DNA of 39,587 bases from Promethearchaeota archaeon. GTDB taxonomy: Archaea; Asgardarchaeota; Lokiarchaeia; Sigyniarchaeales; SOKP01. Under the pieces are notes generated by a model that did no database searches, was not told the origin of the DNA, and saw only the letters and a program-made list of their open reading frames with translations. The DNA lies in the NCBI GenBank assembly GCA_018238625.1, contig JABCSY010000031.1, positions 1 to 39,587 of the forward strand. The letters are read 5' to 3'. This document shows, one piece after another, positions 35,958 to 39,587 of the stretch; position 1 is the stretch's first letter; the number at the start of each line of letters is the position of its first letter. Made by a program: the position numbers and the translations under genes.

Positions 35958-36063
35958 TAGATAGCTAAGACAATAAGTAAAGATAATCTTGAAAAGATAA
36001 CATAATAAGCAGATTATAATAAGAAAAAAAAGATAAAAACTAAATTATTAAAAACTTAAACAC

Positions 36064-36294
36064 TTATCTTGTAGCTTTTCGAATATCAGCAGCAGTAACT
36101 CTCTTTCGCTTATCAGCTTTCGTAATCTTAATAGCTTCTTTGGTTGCGTCTGCGGCTGTTTTTTCGAGAAAACCGATAAGTTTATCTAAAGCATCGGCAG
36201 CAACTAAATCAGCGCCTTCTTTTTTCATTAATCGCCGAATTGGTGCTTTTGCAATATAACTATCGCTTTTTTTTGCTGGGGCTTTTTTTGCCAT
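36064..36294 (-). CDS. Archaeal histone (HMf-type fold) with a short Lys-rich N-terminal tail
   Basis: IAKAPIRRLMKKEGA..V..DA and RKRVTAADI histone-fold motifs; GGAGG SD. Confidence 0.92.
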   Translation of the reverse strand: MAKKAPAKKSDSYIAKAPIRRLMKKEGADLVAADALDKLIGFLEKTAADATKEAIKITKADKRKRVTAADIRKATR

Positions 36295-36832
36295 GATTTA
36301 TTCCTCCACTAATTTTTTTTAAAATTAAACTGTTTTAAATTAAATTTATAATTAATAATAACTACGATTTTCTATTATATAAATATTATGGTTCGGAATA
36401 ATACTTTATGGAAATTTTGTTAATTAGTTATTATGTATCTAAAATGTACTAAAGATTATCTGTCCGACAAAATACCATTGTTAAAATAAATTTTTAAAAT
36501 TTATTAAATAGGGAATAAATTTTTTTTGATTGTTTATTTTCACTAGAATGTGATTTTAAAAAGGATTTCATGCAAAAGTTCGAAAAGTTCTTTTTTTATT
36601 AAAGATTTAACATCATGTAAATGTTCGAAATCTTCATTTTTTATTAAATTAACATTTGAGTTTTAAACAATAGGACTATTAACTTTAAGGACTTTCTTAT
36701 GCGTGTCATCAAATATTTAGCAGAATTAGACATTTTAATAAAAGTGTTAACTTTTTTTTGAAAAATTAATATTAAATAATAGTTCTAAAATAAGATATTT
36801 AATACGAATTAAAAAAGAATTAAATTCCAAAT

Positions 36833-37687
36833 TTGACGTTTCATCGGGATAATATAAAGCTTGAAGAATCTGAGATCGAACTCTCGCTACAGTCGTTAGG
36901 ATTTACTAAAAATGATTCCAAAGTTATACTAACTCTTGCTAAATATAAGATTTTAAGCCCTGCAGATATAGCAAAGTTTTCTGGGGTCGATCGTGCTAGA
37001 GTATACGATAGTCTTAATCGGTTGATTGAAAAAGGTTTTATCCAAAAAGAACCGGTAAAGAGGGGCGCAGATTATCAAATAATTCCTATCGAAAAAATAT
37101 TCAAAACTATTAGAGAAGGCTACAAAAAGAAAATCGAAGATACTTTAATGCTAGAAAAAGCCATAGGGAACTTGGAAATCGATAAAGAGGAATCTGAGCC
37201 CAGAGTTTGGGCAATAAATTCTCGAGTAAAAATTAGAACAAAAATTAAGGAATTAATTAGCTCGTCAGAAAACCGGATTTATTTTATCATAACGCCTGAT
37301 TTACTGATGAGAGAATTAGGGGGATTTGAATGGATTTTAAAGGAATTATGGAACAAAAAATTTTCATCCGAAATGGAAATTATAATTGCCTTTAAGTATT
37401 TTGAGGATTTAAAAGAAGAAATTAAAAAACTATTAAAAATTTCTGTTAAAATACATTCAATTGAAGGAGATAATGTAATCCCTTTCGGTTTATTGATTGC
37501 GGACCACGGGTTCCTAATAACGACCCTCGATCAAGTCAAAGAAGCTCCAGAATATACATCCGGAATATGGTTAGAAAACGGTAAAATAAGCCAAATTATT
37601 GGTTACGAACATCTCTTCAAACACTTTATTAGTTCCGAAACGAAAGAAATTAAGCTAACTCCCGCAAAACCTCCATACCAAATGTAA
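36833..37687 (+). CDS. TrmB-family transcriptional regulator
   Basis: LGFTKND..DIAKFSGVDRARVYDSLNRLIEKGFI wHTH plus a C-terminal effector domain. Confidence 0.9.
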   Translation: MTFHRDNIKLEESEIELSLQSLGFTKNDSKVILTLAKYKILSPADIAKFSGVDRARVYDSLNRLIEKGFIQKEPVKRGADYQIIPIEKIFKTIREGYKKKIEDTLMLEKAIGNLEIDKEESEPRVWAINSRVKIRTKIKELISSSENRIYFIITPDLLMRELGGFEWILKELWNKKFSSEMEIIIAFKYFEDLKEEIKKLLKISVKIHSIEGDNVIPFGLLIADHGFLITTLDQVKEAPEYTSGIWLENGKISQIIGYEHLFKHFISSETKEIKLTPAKPPYQM

Positions 37688-37823
37688 ATAAATTTAATCA
37701 AATTTATTAAAAAAATAGAAGTTTATAATTACGAATAAAAAGGACAAATTGAAATAAAAATAAGTTTAAATTTTAACGCGAATGTTAATCAAATACGATT
37801 TAAAATCATAGGGCTAAAAAAGC

Positions 37824-38381
37824 ATGTCATATCGTGGTAAAGTGATTTTGTGTGGAGACCCTTCTGTGGGGAAATCGAGCCTACTATCTCGATATGTAGA
37901 TGGTAAATTTACCGAAGAATCAGTTCCAACTCTTGGTGCTAATTTTTTAATTAAAGAGATTGATTTGAGCAAAGTAATTGACAAATTAAAATTAGAAAAC
38001 CTTGAATTGAAGAAGGATATTAAAGAAAAAGGCTTTAAACTCTATTTCTGGGACATAGGCGGTCAACAGGATAAGCTCTTTAGCAATGAATACTATTTTG
38101 TTCAAGCGGTCGGGGCTATGATTGTTTTCAATTTAAATGAATTATCATCATTCAAGGGTATAAACTTTTGGCTCTCTAAATTGAAGGAATTAAGCGGTGA
38201 TATTCCATATATAATAGTTGGAAACAAAATGGACCTTGAAAGGAAAATTGACCAGTCTCTTATCGATGAAAGGGTAAATGAGCTTGGAGTAGAATATTTT
38301 GAGACTTCCGCTAAACTTAATGAAAACGTGGATGCAGCATTCGAAAGTTTATCCATTCAAATTTTGAATAATTTAAAATAG
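37824..38381 (+). CDS. Rab-like small GTPase (Ras superfamily)
   Basis: GDPSVGKS, PTLGANF, WDIGGQ, GNKMD, ETSAK; no C-terminal Cys prenylation motif. Confidence 0.92.
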   Translation: MSYRGKVILCGDPSVGKSSLLSRYVDGKFTEESVPTLGANFLIKEIDLSKVIDKLKLENLELKKDIKEKGFKLYFWDIGGQQDKLFSNEYYFVQAVGAMIVFNLNELSSFKGINFWLSKLKELSGDIPYIIVGNKMDLERKIDQSLIDERVNELGVEYFETSAKLNENVDAAFESLSIQILNNLK

Positions 38382-38439
38382 TTACTTAAAAATTTTAATT
38401 TTGATATATTTTATATTTTAGCTATACCTAAATTTCATA

Positions 38440-39168
38440 ATGAGTATTCTTTTAATCCCTATCGCCCCTTTGTCAAGAACTAAATCTCGTCTTAGAGATT
38501 GCTTTTCAAAAGAATTACTCAAAGATTTAACAATAGCTATGTTTATAGACTTAGCAAATAAAGTAGTTAACGTTAATTGTTTTGACCAAAAAGTAGTTTA
38601 CTGTAATAGTGGTGAAATATTAGACTTAGCAGAAGAATATGGTTTAGTTGGGATAAAGGAGCACTTCACAGTACCAAGAAAATCGTTTGACGAAGTTATT
38701 AGAGATTTAAATAATATAGCCATTGAAGAATTTAACGCTACAGAAACGATTTTTACATTTTTAGATGTTATTTTAATATCCGAAAGAAATTTTATTGAAG
38801 TAAGTAATTTAATGAAAAAAAATCAACTGGTCGTATGTCCTGCTATTCATTCGGCCGGTATTTCTATTTTTGGAAGAAATCCTCCCGATATTTTGCCCAC
38901 ACATTTTTCAGATCCGAACATTCCTTCTTTTGTCGCGTTACTAAAAGACGCCCAGGAAAGAAACTTGAAGGTAACGATATATGACTCATTCAAATCAAGT
39001 TTTGATATTGATATTAAGCAAGATTTAGTATTAGCCTATGAATACTTTAAAATCTTTAATTTAGTTGAAACGGAGACATATAAGTTTCTAAAAAAAAATC
39101 TTAAATTAACTTTACAAAAAAGAAATAAAAGAAATAACCGAAATTTTAAAATTATTAAGACCAATTAA
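38440..39168 (+). CDS. cofC: CofC-like 2-phospho-L-lactate/PEP guanylyltransferase (F420 biosynthesis), divergent
   Basis: IPIAPLSRTKSRL, AMFID, FDIDIKQDL. Confidence 0.7.
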   Translation: MSILLIPIAPLSRTKSRLRDCFSKELLKDLTIAMFIDLANKVVNVNCFDQKVVYCNSGEILDLAEEYGLVGIKEHFTVPRKSFDEVIRDLNNIAIEEFNATETIFTFLDVILISERNFIEVSNLMKKNQLVVCPAIHSAGISIFGRNPPDILPTHFSDPNIPSFVALLKDAQERNLKVTIYDSFKSSFDIDIKQDLVLAYEYFKIFNLVETETYKFLKKNLKLTLQKRNKRNNRNFKIIKTN

Positions 39169-39410
39169 TAGATATATAAAAATATGAATGAAAAGGGAAT
39201 GATTAAATGAATTCTAAAAGGTCTAAATTAAAAAGATTTAAAAAAAATAAAGCGATACCTGATGGCATTCGTCAGGGTCAAGAATTAGATGCCGTTTTAG
39301 GATACGAAGTTGAAAGAGGTTTACATGAAAATAACGAAACAAAAAAAAAAAGAAGAAAAAAAAGAAGAAATTAACTCCGCAAAAAAGAAATAACCGAGAT
39401 TTTAAAATTA
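39127..39410 (+). repeat. Direct repeat pair (39127-39154 and 39383-39410, 27/28 identical) duplicating the cofC-like gene 3' end
   Basis: aaaagaaataaccga(a/g)attttaaaatta. Confidence 0.8.
39207..39374 (+). CDS. Small basic hypothetical ORF (55 aa), possibly a gene fragment
   Basis: Not in the track. MNSKRSKLKRFKKNKAIPDGIRQGQELDAVLGYEVERGLHENNETKKKRRKKRRN*; the central part is more GC-rich than the surrounding spacer and looks coding. Confidence 0.5.
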   Translation: MNSKRSKLKRFKKNKAIPDGIRQGQELDAVLGYEVERGLHENNETKKKRRKKRRN

Positions 39411-39431
39411 GTTATCAAATTGTCTAAAAAA

Positions 39432-39587
39432 TTAAAATGAGAACGTAATATTTAATTTAACTTCCTCGTTTAGAATCTTTTTAACAGCTTTTTGAAATTC
39501 TTCTCTTTCGTTCTTTATAGAAGATAAATATCTTATGTAATCTTTGTTTTTTCTATCGAGATCGTTCTCCAAATGTTCTATTTTTAT
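39432..39587 (-). CDS. 3' end of a hypothetical helical protein (partial; starts outside the window)
   Basis: Open frame IKIEHLENDLDRKNKDYIRYLSSIKNEREEFQKAVKKILNEEVKLNITFSF*. Confidence 0.65.
   Translation of the reverse strand: MKIEHLENDLDRKNKDYIRYLSSIKNEREEFQKAVKKILNEEVKLNITFSF

Noticed and set aside
36295-36832. Long spacer as a replication origin or ncRNA (AAAAGTTC tandem, TTCGAAA twice)
   Set aside because: No ORB-like repeats with G-strings, no adjacent orc1/cdc6 and no GC-rich stem.
1633-38356. Short track ORFs antisense to long genes (e.g. 1633, 2319, 3702, 7821, 10742, 11580, 13417, 14379, 16161, 18428, 20961, 22303, 23245, 23850, 24148, 25141, 26623, 29495, 30600, 32221, 33224, 38102)
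   Set aside because: They overlap well-supported genes on the opposite strand and have no recognisable motifs.
39339-39370. A-rich tract as a retroposed poly(A) tail before a target-site duplication
   Set aside because: It is equally explained as the oligo-T terminator of the convergent minus-strand gene, and the other cassette has no such tail.
1-39587. CRISPR array, IS element, provirus or rRNA
   Set aside because: No regularly spaced repeats, transposase/integrase/capsid motifs or long GC-rich non-coding stretch were seen by eye.

Overview
Very AT-rich archaeal chromosome segment, almost certainly from an Asgard archaeon (Lokiarchaeia-like). The evidence is an intron-containing tRNA-Ser(CGA), an archaeal histone, eS25, a TrmB regulator, GGTGA/GAGGT Shine-Dalgarno motifs and several eukaryote-signature proteins. 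These include a Rag/Arf-like GTPase with a C-terminal roadblock/longin-like domain, a Rab-like GTPase, a longin/uDENN-like plus winged-helix protein and a Bud23/WBSCR22-like methyltransferase. The window holds about 38 CDS; five are missing from the supplied ORF track (1-863 -, 31846-31998 +, 32981-33088 -, 39207-39374 +, 39432-39587 -). I saw no CRISPR array, rRNA, transposase or integrase. Most notable: (i) two independent loci where a small ORF sits between two copies of the upstream gene's 3' end (355-bp and 256-bp units, att/cassette-like); (ii) a large surface protein tightly coupled to an NPRL2/DENN-like cytoplasmic protein, near a Rag-like GTPase; (iii) a tailed histone lacking tetramerisation residues; (iv) a Bud23-like gene divergent from eS25; (v) a HIT gene that needs a non-canonical (probably AUU) start; (vi) an operon of two membrane LbH proteins, a tandem active/dead metallophosphoesterase and a PP-loop-dead ThiI. 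All family assignments come from motif recognition by eye; no database searches were run.
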